Below, piece by piece: positions 18,235 to 27,119 of a DNA stretch of 32,000 nt. The notes beneath the pieces are model-generated. The model saw only the letters and a program-made list of their open reading frames with translations, was not told the origin of the DNA and did no database searches. Where the stretch lies: contig NC_006138.1 in assembly GCF_000025945.1 (NCBI RefSeq), positions 2,310,001 through 2,342,000 on the forward strand, read 5' to 3'. This stretch comes from Desulfotalea psychrophila LSv54. GTDB taxonomy: Bacteria > Desulfobacterota > Desulfobulbia > Desulfobulbales > Desulfocapsaceae. Each line of letters begins with the position of its first letter. Within the stretch, counting starts at the first letter, position 1. Both the position numbers and the translations under genes were made by a program.

Positions 18235-19339
18235 ATGTCTATTTCAAAAGAATTATTTAAAATCGCTAATAATTTAGGGGCATATAGTGATTATAAGACT
18301 CCACAGATTCAAAACTTAATTGACTCAGCTACCGCTGTTGGTAAGTCATGGAGTGGGTCTTGGTTGGGGTATCATTCCAGAGTATATTATACTGCCTTTG
18401 AAACGCCACCTCCTGGGGCAGTATTTAGTGCAGAATGGGGATTAGAAAATAACTTTTCTGGGGGGTCAAGAGGTGCTTGGCTTGAGTATAGTTTTGATGA
18501 CGTGGTGAGTTATATTAATCAACAAGCTGGTGCCCCCAATACTGATAAATTATCCAGTGATGGAGACCAAGCAACGTTACTGTATGAAGATTCAAAATCT
18601 GATTTACTAGTCAATAATTTACTCGAATTTGCCAGGAGAAAAAGATAGTTTCCTCCAAGGGCTTGTTGATAAAATAGAATCTGAAAAAATACTTTCCGAA
18701 GATGATTTTCTGAAATATCAACGGCCAACAGGCCAAATAATGTCAAGAGATTCTTTAGCCGTACATTGCGGGTTAGTTGTTCCTCCTCATATTGCTGTAC
18801 TATCTAAAGCATACGCAACTATGCAACCCTTTCAATCATGTTCGAACCTTAAAAAAACAACATTAAAAATAGCTAATCACATGCGTAACTTAGAAAAAAA
18901 ATCAGTGGTGGAAGATCGCATTGGAACAAATATTTTTATTGGGCATGGTCGCTCTCATTATTGGAGAGAACTCAAAGATTTTGTAAGTGAGAGGCTCCAT
19001 TTACCATGGGATGAGTTTAATAGAGTCCCTGTTGCAGGAGTCACAAATATAACTCGACTTGCACAAATGCTTGATCAATCTTGTATTGCATTTTTGGTTA
19101 TGACTGCTGAAGATGAGCAACAAGATGGTAATATGCACGCTCGAATGAATGTAGTTCATGAAGTAGGATTGTTCCAAGGTCGGCTTGGCTTTGAACGAGC
19201 CATCGTCGTATTAGAAGAAGGTTGTGAGGAATTTTCAAATATTCAAGGTTTAGGTCAAATAAGGTTTCCCAAGGGAAATATTTCGGCAATTTTTGATGAA
19301 ATACGACAAATTTTAGAACGAGAGAAAATCGTTGATTAA
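18235..19339 (+). CDS. TIR-like nucleotide-binding effector (CAP12/PCTIR-like, PF10137-type) with an N-terminal module encoded in an overlapping frame
   Basis: ORF1 18235..18648 and ORF2 18629..19339 overlap by 20 bp. ORF2 has 'NIFIGHGRSHYWRELKDFVSERL...AFLVMTAEDEQ...ARMNVVHEVGLFQGRLGFERAIVVLEE'. The frames can be joined by removing one base in AAAAA. Confidence 0.65.
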
Positions 19340-19604
19340 GTGCTTCATAGTAAAACTAATTCGAACGTCACAAAGCTGCTCCGCTCATTTCTTATTACGC
19401 AACTTTGTGACGCCGATTATTTAAAAGTTAAACAATCGTATTGCTCCTCTTCTGGAAATGCCGACAACCCTCTGCTATTTTTTGTCCCTGCCCCTTTCTG
19501 GCCCAAAAGCATTGCTAGAGAGCCAACCTTGGTGTTACAATGAAACAGCAAAATGCTGTAAAGGCAGTGAAAATGGCATAATTTGAAGTCAAAGAAGAAA
19601 AAAT

Positions 19605-20085
19605 ATGGCTGACTACACAAAACTGGATTATTTGAAAAAAAACCTCGATTCTTACCGCCCTTTGCCTGCCGAGGTAGTCTCAAACCTTCATGAAGATCTT
19701 GTCCTGCGCTGGACCTGGTGCCATAGAGGGTAACAGCCTGACCCTGAAAGAGACTAAAGTTGTCTTGGAAGGTATTGCTGTTGGTGGCAAGACCATACGT
19801 GAACATCTTGAGGCGATCAACCACCGGGAGGCCATCTACTTTGTCGAAGAGTTGGTGGAGAAAGGGCAGATCCTCTCAGAGTGCCAGATCAAATCCATCC
19901 ACCAGTTGGTATTGAAAAATATTGATGATAAGCATGCTGGAACCTATAGAAAAAACAATGTTATTATCTCCAGTACAGATCATCATCTACCAGATGCAAT
20001 ACACTTCTCGCCCTTCTACCCCCTTCTCCGTTTACCTGGTGGCCCTATAGGTGGCAGAGTGTTTACAAAAGTCAAACCTCTTTGA
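19605..20085 (+). pseudogene. Fic-family protein pseudogene, copy 1 (frameshifted, truncated before the catalytic Fic motif)
   Basis: 'MADYTKLDYLKKNLDSYRPLPAEVVSNLHEDLVLRWTW' then a frame change to 'AIEGNSLTLKETKVVLEGIAVGGKTIREHLEAINHREAIYFVEELV...HAGTYRKNNVIIS'; no HPFxxGNGR. Confidence 0.75.
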
Positions 20086-20206
20086 GTTGATGCCGCTTTT
20101 ATGATATCATTCTTAGTAAATGCTAGTCTGTGTTTATCTGGAATGATACCAGAAAACTGGATAATAACTTGTTATGTTTTTAGGTTGATTCAACTAGGAG
20201 TCTATA

Positions 20207-20632
20207 ATGAGCAATATTTATCAAAGAGATCTAATAATTTCTCTTCTTGCTAAGAATTACGATACCCATATGAATATCATCTGGGCAACGATCGGTTTAT
20301 TACTTGGTGCAATTGGATGGATTATTACGTCTCGTGAGGCTAGAAGCTATCTGACTAGTCCAAAGTTAAATAAAATAGTTAGTCTAGTTGTGATCATTGC
20401 GATGGCAATCATGCATTACTATCTCCTTTGGCAAACGATGGAGTATTCGATAGATTTGAAATCAGAATTGATAAAGGTTGTAGGTGAAAATGTAGACGTG
20501 ATTAATACAAGTGAGTTTATTTATCTAATCTCATATTACATGTTTTCCGCGAGAGCATTTGTCACATTTATATTATTTGGATTTCTTAGCTTTTTAGTCA
20601 TCAAAGGTGAAAAACACATAACAAGCAGATAA
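20207..20632 (+). CDS. Hypothetical integral membrane protein
   Basis: 141 aa with several hydrophobic segments. Confidence 0.5.
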   Translation: MSNIYQRDLIISLLAKNYDTHMNIIWATIGLLLGAIGWIITSREARSYLTSPKLNKIVSLVVIIAMAIMHYYLLWQTMEYSIDLKSELIKVVGENVDVINTSEFIYLISYYMFSARAFVTFILFGFLSFLVIKGEKHITSR

Positions 20633-20649
20633 GTGATAATTTCTGGGAG

Positions 20650-20904
20650 TTGATCGATTGGCAAGGGGAACAGGGAGAACTATACCAAGCCCATTACAAT
20701 AAAACTTATGAGTCTGGCGTTCTGGACACTAAAACCAAACGGCTGATGGCAATGGGTGCAGCTATAGTTATGGGGTGTAAGGGTTGTATTTTAGGACAAA
20801 CACAAAAGGCTATTGATGCAGGAGCAACACTAAATGAGCTCATGGAAACCTGCTCTGTTATGCTTTCTCTTGGTGGAACTATTGAAAGAGATTGGTATGA
20901 TTGA
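20650..20904 (+). CDS. AhpD-like / carboxymuconolactone decarboxylase family protein, possibly N-terminally truncated
   Basis: 84 aa, 'TKRLMAMGAAIVMGCKGCILGQTQKAIDAGATLNELMETCSVMLSLGG' with CxxC; TTG start. Confidence 0.7.
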   Translation: MIDWQGEQGELYQAHYNKTYESGVLDTKTKRLMAMGAAIVMGCKGCILGQTQKAIDAGATLNELMETCSVMLSLGGTIERDWYD

Positions 20905-20957
20905 TGTTAATGTAGCCGACGCAAAAAGCCGCGCGGCCGACTAGCGGCGTTAAAATG
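20903..20957 (+). other. Degenerate attC-like site
   Basis: 'TGTTAATGTAGCCGACGCAAAAAGCCGCGCGGCCGACTAGCGGCGTTAAAATG': L-box pair GCCG[A]CGC/GCGCGGC with extrahelical A, and 3' GCGTTAAAA, right after a stop codon. The 5' R box is poor. Confidence 0.3.
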
Positions 20958-21135
20958 AAAACTATCCTGCCATGTAGGGTTAGTCTTAATCTTGCTTGAT
21001 CAGTAGAATATAAGTCAAAAAGAAACCGATCACCTGTTCACAAAACAAGTGCTAGGAATAAACCCAACCTAAAGGAGTGTCAATGGTTGCTAACGTTGAA
21101 CACTCTAGCTACAAAACATTTTGGAGAATTTATCA

Positions 21136-21213
21136 ATGGCTTATGTGATCAATGCTGATGCCTGTATTGATTGTGCTGCTGTTTGCCCTGTAAATTGCAT
21201 CTTTGAGACATAA
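21136..21213 (+). pseudogene. Truncated 4Fe-4S ferredoxin fragment
   Basis: 'MAYVINADACIDCAAVCPVNCIFET*' resembles the N-terminus of bacterial 2[4Fe-4S] ferredoxins. Confidence 0.55.
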
Positions 21214-21300
21214 GTGCCATGTCAAAGCCGGAATTGAATAAAACGGTGCCAGGTTCATCGTTAATCAACTTTCATCTAGGCCGCTGGTGATGCAGGCGTT

Positions 21301-21349
21301 TAACTCTCATGGGCTTCGGCCCGTGCGAGTTCGAATCTCACTCTAACCG
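21301..21349 (+). tRNA. Decayed tRNA-Leu-like 3' fragment
   Basis: 'CATGGGCTTCGGCCCGTGCGAGTTCGAATCTCACTCTAACC': long variable-arm hairpin GGGC-TTCG-GCCC followed by a degenerate T arm; no CCA. Confidence 0.35.
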
Positions 21350-21705
21350 AAAAACAGAGCCTTGTCCAAACCCTACAACCCAGAGCTGATTTCCCTTTTT
21401 ATCCCTTCCCCCTTTACACTAGCCTGTCTGGAGAATCATCTAAAGCCCCCTTGTTGTTTTCTGCAACAAACGCCTAAGTCTCCTACACATATCCAAAAAA
21501 CATTGCAAATCAGGCAATCTTGTTGTTAGCATGCAGTCTACTTAAAATGCCGTAGAGGCAGGAAAACTGCCATAACCTAAAGTCAAAGTAGAAGGCAGTC
21601 CGTAAGATCACATCCAACAAAAGGTAAAAGCTGACGGCTGATGGCTTCCCTTCCAACCGACGCCACAAACTGCGCAAAAAGCCAAGCCACTGCCCCCCCC
21701 ACCTT

Positions 21706-22095
21706 TCACCAGCCCCCTCCCATGTTGGGGGCAATGCCCATTCTACCAAGCTGAGCAGCGGAGAAGTTGGCGGAAATAGAGTTTGAGCTATTTGAGCTAG
21801 CCTTCTTAAACTCTCGTGGGGCTTGGCAACTGGGCCGGGGCGGCATGGGGTGCAAAGGGGGGAACGCTTCCCCCTTTGGCCAGCTGTCGTATCCGTTCCA
21901 TATAGTCACTACCGCGCGGCTGACCTCTGAACGGGCCTGCTGACCACGACCGATGGAAAAGAATGCTCCGTTAATTCGTAGAGTGCGGGACCTGTAACTG
22001 GCTCGCAGATACAGATCGATAATTGCTTGAGCAAAAGTGAAGGATTCTTCTTCCCAGCTCCAGTGATTGAGGAGATCACGGTCCATTTTTACCAC
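21706..22095 (-). pseudogene. N-terminal fragment of a phage/plasmid replication-type or HTH protein
   Basis: 'MVKMDRDLLNHWSWEEESFTFAQAIIDLYLRASYRSRTLRINGAFFSIGRGQQARSEVSRAV' resembles such N-termini; the C-terminal part is read from repeat sequence shared with 24650-25030. Confidence 0.35.
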
Positions 22096-22394
22096 CCTCC
22101 TCTTTTGTGAATAAGGGTGCGGACATCTTTAAGACAGAGACGAATGGTGCTGTTAAGAGCCTCACCATAGAAGGGATGTTCGTTGTCGCCAATTACAAAA
22201 AGGGCATACCATGTGGATTGGCGTACCGGTAACCAGAACCGGCGGGTCAGAGACCCTCCATACAGCCCGCCTAAAATTTGGAGCAAGGCTATGAATTTGG
22301 ATACAATTATGCCAATAACAGGGCCCAAAAAAAACACCACGCAAAAGGTGGCGGTGCATTTTCTATTGCCTTTCAGTAGCCCACAGGATACACT

Positions 22395-22697
22395 ATGGGT
22401 ATGGAGTATGAAATTGATCGTACAAAAAAATTTGATAAGTGGCTGAAAAAGCTTAAAGAAACTGAAGCTAAACTCACTATCCTTGCAAGGATAGACAGAG
22501 TGAAGATTGGTCATTTCGGTGACCAAAAACAGCTTGAAGAAAATTTTTTCGAAATCCGTCTTTTTACAGGCCCAGGCTATAGAATCTATTACACCATCAG
22601 AGGTGGCAAGATTGTTTTGTTGCTTTTGGCAGGTGATAAAAGTAGCCAGAAAAAAGATATAAAGAAGGCCAAAGAGCTTATTAAAAAGCTTGAATAA
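22395..22697 (+). CDS. RelE/HigB-type toxin (PF05973-like)
   Basis: 'FDKWLKKLKETEAKLTILARIDRVKIGHFGDQKQLEENFFEIRLFTGPGYRIYYTIRGGKIVLLLLAGDKSSQKKDIKKAKEL'. Start may be 22401. Confidence 0.9.
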   Translation: MGMEYEIDRTKKFDKWLKKLKETEAKLTILARIDRVKIGHFGDQKQLEENFFEIRLFTGPGYRIYYTIRGGKIVLLLLAGDKSSQKKDIKKAKELIKKLE

Positions 22698-22709
22698 GAG
22701 GTTAATGCT

Positions 22710-22985
22710 ATGGCTAAAACAGCTTCCTACAATCCATTTGACTATCTCACCACAGAAGAAGAGATACGAACATACCTTGATAATGCCTCCAGAGATGAAG
22801 ACCCAAGAATTTTTGTTATAGCTCTTGGCTATCTGGCAAAAAAACGTGGCATGAAAGCAACCGCTAAAAAAGTTGGTGTAAGCCGTGAGAGTCTTTACAA
22901 ATCTCTTTCTGGAAAAGGTAACCCAAAATATGACACAATCCGCAAAGTGACCCAAGCGCTGGGCTACCAAGCACGGGTAAAGTGA
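22710..22985 (+). CDS. HigA-like HTH antitoxin
   Basis: 91 aa, 12 bp downstream of the toxin; 'FVIALGYLAKKRGMKATAKKVGVSRESLYKSLSGKGNPKYDTIRKVTQALG'. Confidence 0.9.
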   Translation: MAKTASYNPFDYLTTEEEIRTYLDNASRDEDPRIFVIALGYLAKKRGMKATAKKVGVSRESLYKSLSGKGNPKYDTIRKVTQALGYQARVK

Positions 22986-23545
22986 CCAATTAATTTGGAG
23001 ACTCCCCTTGTTGTTAAAAAGAAAAAACATATTAGCTCCTGTCATCTTTTATACCTTTGAATTCTTCTCACATACCAGGGAGGCGAAGCTGATTCTCCTC
23101 GCCCGGTAATAGGTTACGCTTTTTCTTTGGTCTGGCGGATGTTCTTCGTTGGTTGGCGCGCTATCGTATCCGTTCCATATAGTCACTGCCGCGTATACGG
23201 CCACCAACAATGCCCGTTATCTTGCTATTCATCTTAGACGCCCTCCTGTATTTTAAATACAGGACCCATCATTTGACCTGCTGGCTCCAAAGCATCTCGC
23301 TTAGTAATTTGCCTAAAGATAGCTAACTCACAGACCAGAGACATCAGCTCTGCCCTGCTCAGGCGCAAAACTCTCCTGCGAAGTTTTGCATCGGGAATAA
23401 TTGATTTGACTTCCTCCCAAAAAAAGAACCATTGTGAATTAAGTGATTTCTGCCTAACCTTAAAAAGGTGATCACCCTGTGAAAAAATCACGTTCTTCAG
23501 AATAACAAATCGTAAGGATTTTGAACGAGGTTGAAGCGCTTAATC

Positions 23546-23634
23546 ACAAAACAATCGGATTTTCAAAAAGCACCGAGCTGCACGTTATCGCACGGAGTGA
23601 GAATTTCACTAAACAACAAATTGGCATCACAACC
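23546..23634 (+). repeat. Dispersed repeat, copy 6 (ends ~11 bp before the CAT start codon)
   Basis: 'CACAAAACAATCGGATTTTCAAAAAGCACCGAGCTGCACGTTATCGCACGGAGTGAGAATTTCACTAAACAACAAATTGGCATCACAACC'. Confidence 0.75.
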
Positions 23635-23645
23635 GGAGATTTCCT

Positions 23646-24281
23646 GTGAAGAAAAAAATAGATATTAGCAATTATAAACGAAAAGGAATGTTTGAAGCTT
23701 TTAAAGATCGTGATATGCCATATCTATCAACAACCAGCCATGTGGACATAAAAAATCTAAAGCCATTTATAGATAATCACAAATATGGATTTTTTATATC
23801 TATTAGTTATTTAATATCAAAAGCAGTAAACCTTATCCCAGAATTGAGGCATAGGATAATTGATGGTGAATTGTACGAGTATGACAGGGTGGACCCTGGC
23901 TATACAGTCTTACTAGAAGATGAAACGTTCTCATTTTGCGACTCTTGTTACTTCGAAGATTTTCAAAAATACAGTGAATATTCCAGCACTAAGATAAATG
24001 AGGTTAAAGCAAAACCTGACAATGGTGTTGGCGAGAAACACCATATGTTTTTTATTACGAACATACCTTGGTTCAGTTTCACTTCGATTGTTCACCCGCA
24101 TGATAAAGTGTATGCATCGATTCCGATAATTACTATCGGGAAATATTTTAAACAGGGAGATCAGCTGTTGCTACCTATTGGGATTCAAGTTCATCATGGA
24201 GTAGTAGATGGGATTCATCTAGGTAAATTTTATACCCACTTATCAAATTTTTGTGCCGATCCAGCTTTATGGTTGGTCTAA
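23646..24281 (+). CDS. cat: Chloramphenicol acetyltransferase (type A-like)
   Basis: 211 aa; active-site region 'PIGIQVHHGVVDGIHLGKFY' and 'NIPWFSFTS'. Confidence 0.9.
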   Translation: MKKKIDISNYKRKGMFEAFKDRDMPYLSTTSHVDIKNLKPFIDNHKYGFFISISYLISKAVNLIPELRHRIIDGELYEYDRVDPGYTVLLEDETFSFCDSCYFEDFQKYSEYSSTKINEVKAKPDNGVGEKHHMFFITNIPWFSFTSIVHPHDKVYASIPIITIGKYFKQGDQLLLPIGIQVHHGVVDGIHLGKFYTHLSNFCADPALWLV

Positions 24282-24576
24282 AAGGGGGTCGTGGTACAAT
24301 CTGCTGTTGAGGGAGCTTCCCTCTTGATGATATTGAATTTACTTTATTATATAGACCTGAGTTACTGGAATAATCCTCATTGTTATACAACTGAGCCTTT
24401 CTATATTTTAGCATCACCACCCATTTCGGAGACCAGGATAACTGCCTGAAACCCTGGAACAGTATCTTCATCACCCCACCCCACAACCAGCAACGATCTC
24501 CCCCGCCACTCCTAAGCAGACATTGACTCCCGAACCACACACCTTAACAATAGAAAAGCCACGGCTTGCGAGGCCT

Positions 24577-24611
24577 AGCTGATAGCTGACAGCTGACAGC
24601 TGACGGCTGAC
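24577..24611 (+). repeat. Heptanucleotide tandem repeat (AGCTGAC)x5
   Basis: AGCTGAT AGCTGAC AGCTGAC AGCTGAC GGCTGAC. Confidence 0.85.
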
Positions 24612-25027
24612 AGCCCCCCCACCTTTGACCAGCCCCCTCTCATGTTGGGGCAATGCCCATTCTACCAAGCTGAGTAGCGGAGAAGTTGGCAGAAATAGAG
24701 TTTGAGCTATTTGAGCTAGCCTTCTTAAACTCTCATGGGGCTTGGAAGAGCAGTCCAACCCCTCTGTCATGCACCATCATTTCAACGCGTTGGCGTTACG
24801 ACCGTATTAGGCTGGAGGCGGTAGGCTCTCACTCTTGCTCTCCCCATCTCAAGTTGCCCGAACGAAGTGAAGCTGACGCGTGAGCAGGTCAGGACGAACT
24901 GCTAGCTACGAGGGCAGGAGCCCGTTCGTAGCGCTAGCGGAAGCTGAAACGAGAGTGAGGATTAGCAACTGAGCCGGGGCGGCATGGGGTGCAAAGGGGG
25001 GAATGCTGCTGTTTCCCCCTTTGGCCA

Positions 25028-25075
25028 GTGTGGCTGGCAAGCCACGATCCGGTGACTACCATCAAACCCGGGAAA
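25028..25075 (-). repeat. Dispersed repeat, copy 7 (partial)
   Basis: Reverse complement: '...CATCGCACAGAGCGATATTTTATCAAAATAACAAATTGGCATCACGATCC'. Confidence 0.55.
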
Positions 25076-25545
25076 CTCGATCGAGGATCGTGATGCCAAT
25101 TTGTTATTTTGATAAAATATCGCTCTGTGCGATGTAACTCAACCCCTTTTGAGTAAAAGAGATGAATAATAATATTCACCTTGAGGAGTTTGCTGAACAG
25201 TCCATGGTCCATCTCCCCACAATGTGCTTTTTCACAGGTAACTCAATATGATAGGTTTTCAAGTTATCAGTGCAGAAAAATCTTAGGCGTTGTCAATAAT
25301 AACCTGAAAGCTTCGCTATCCTGCCAAAAGCAGGTTTGATGATCCCCAGGGTGATTCCCACGCATACCACAGCCATCTCTGGTTTTTCTTATCCTTAAAC
25401 CACGGTGACCACTCCGCAAACAAGCTCTATGTGTTTGATTTTGTCTAAAAACCTAGTCACTTGTCTTGGTTTGATTTTTTTAAAGTGGGTAAACATCCCC
25501 CCTCCCTCTGCAAGATGAGCATCCTTCAGGGGTAGGGGGAGTTTT

Positions 25546-25953
25546 TCATTTTTCTTCAACAGGAAATTTTGCCCTGGACCATTCCCGCCATCCACCTTTC
25601 AGAGCATGGACTGAAGAGAAACCGTCTGCAGTAAGCTTACGCGCCAAACTGGCGCTGGTGGATTCGTTGGGTCATGCGCAATAAAGGACGATCTTTTTAT
25701 CCTTGGCAAATTTTGATTTCCAGGTATCCAATTTGCCTGGATTGGCCCGATGGGCCCCTTTTATTTTAAATTCCGATGAGGTCCAATCCCTTCCCTGACG
25801 GGCATCGAGAATGACCACATCGCCGTTATCCATCCAGCCCTTCACTATCTCCTTACTCACAACAGACACCGGGGCTGCCATTGCTGGTACAGCCAATGCA
25901 GCGATAAAGGTCAAAGCAATCAACCAGCCAAAGCAAAAGTTTAATTTTTTCAT
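25546..25953 (-). CDS. Secreted rhodanese-like selenoprotein (UGA read as Sec at codon 94)
   Basis: ORF-track end at TGA 25672-25674 gives '...KDKKIVLYCA'. The same frame continues 'PNESTSASLARKLTADGFSSVHALKGGWREWSRAKFPVEEK*' to 25546. A hairpin GCGCCA-GUU-UGGCGC starts 16 nt after UGA. Confidence 0.8.
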
Positions 25954-27119
25954 AATGAACTCCTTTTTTCGTGATTGTGTGGCATTTTATTGGATATTAA
26001 ACTCAGGATAAGTCCTGTAAGCAGGATACATCCCATATAAAACAGCGTCAGCAGGGGCGCTTCCCCTGAAAATAGAATTGCCCCGCCCCCTGCGATGAGA
26101 AGGCTTGCTAGCAGAAATTTTTTCAGGGAGTAGCCCTGTCGGGCATACCCCAGGAGCCAGAGCAAAAAAGCTGCCCGGATCCAGAGTTCGAGTTTTTCAC
26201 TGCCGGCCATGCCCAGGGCCATCATCAGGCCCACAGCAAGGCCCAGGAAGATGGGCACCACAAAGGGCTTTGCGGTCCATGGGGGAAGTTTTCCCCGCTC
26301 TGTCAGTTGTTTTACCGTATAGTCACAACCCAGGAAAAGCGCATTTACGGCTGCCAAAGTGCCTGATATGACAGCAATACCCATGATGATCCTGCCGGTT
26401 TGCCCCAAAACGATCCTGGCGACTTTCATGTTGGGAATTCCCGAGTCAGCCAATTTTTCTAAAGGAAGATGGGAAATGGAGACCAGCCCCCAGAGGAAAA
26501 ATATAAGTCCTGCCACGGCAATGGCGGCCAGGCACGGCATCTTACCGCTATCTTTGGAATTTACAGCTCCTGCCAGGTCAAACCCAACCCAGAGCAGCAA
26601 GGGAAGGCTTAAGATCCCAATGCCTGGAACTTCCACCATCTGGGCCGCCGGCCCAGTTACACCCGGCCCGGTGCTGCTAAGGCCTGACACTATGAGTATG
26701 CCAAGGGCGGAAAGAACCGTTCCGATAAAAAGCACCTGGGCCCTGAGGATGACAATAGGTCCGGCCAATTGTATCCCAAGGACAAGGCCTAACAGTAAAA
26801 AGGCAAACCCGAAGTTGGGAAACCAATAGACGAAAACCTCATTAAAAACAAAGCCCGATGAAACCAAAATACCTGTGGAAAGAAAAACGGCGGCGGCAAA
26901 TTTAACAGCCAGGGTAAACGGCGTCGCCACGGTGAAGTTTTCTATGCTTTGGGCGATAACAAAAAACAGGGCCATGGCCGCGGGTATAAGCCATAGGCCC
27001 AGGCGACCGGTATACCCCATGAAATTTCCCAGGCCCACAAAGGTGTCGGGTGAAACCATAACGCCCAAGCCAATGGATGTGGCTGTCAATCTAAAGCGAT
27101 GGCACTTATCCATTTTCAA
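25950..27119 (-). CDS. APC-superfamily / LeuT-fold permease
   Basis: 389 aa, many TM segments; N-terminal 'TATSIGLGVMVSPDTFVGLGNFMGYTG'; ATGA overlap with the rhodanese. Confidence 0.7.
   Translation of the reverse strand: MKMDKCHRFRLTATSIGLGVMVSPDTFVGLGNFMGYTGRLGLWLIPAAMALFFVIAQSIENFTVATPFTLAVKFAAAVFLSTGILVSSGFVFNEVFVYWFPNFGFAFLLLGLVLGIQLAGPIVILRAQVLFIGTVLSALGILIVSGLSSTGPGVTGPAAQMVEVPGIGILSLPLLLWVGFDLAGAVNSKDSGKMPCLAAIAVAGLIFFLWGLVSISHLPLEKLADSGIPNMKVARIVLGQTGRIIMGIAVISGTLAAVNALFLGCDYTVKQLTERGKLPPWTAKPFVVPIFLGLAVGLMMALGMAGSEKLELWIRAAFLLWLLGYARQGYSLKKFLLASLLIAGGGAILFSGEAPLLTLFYMGCILLTGLILSLISNKMPHNHEKRSSL

Noticed and set aside
20650-20904. AhpD-like ORF as a second selenoprotein
   Set aside because: The CxxC motif (GCKGC) is encoded by normal Cys codons; no in-frame UGA.
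22089-23045. 318-aa minus-strand ORF
   Set aside because: Antisense to the confidently identified RelE-like toxin and HTH antitoxin; composition is low-complexity Phe/Cys-rich as expected of a shadow ORF.
798-23634. Interpreting the 90-bp dispersed repeats as integron attC sites
   Set aside because: They lie between genes and are cassette-like in placement, but I find no paired R and L boxes, no GTTRRRY end, and copies occur in both orientations.
24175-25212. Minus and plus ORFs in 24175-25212
   Set aside because: They are read from duplicated, GC-skewed repeat sequence and contain no recognisable domains.
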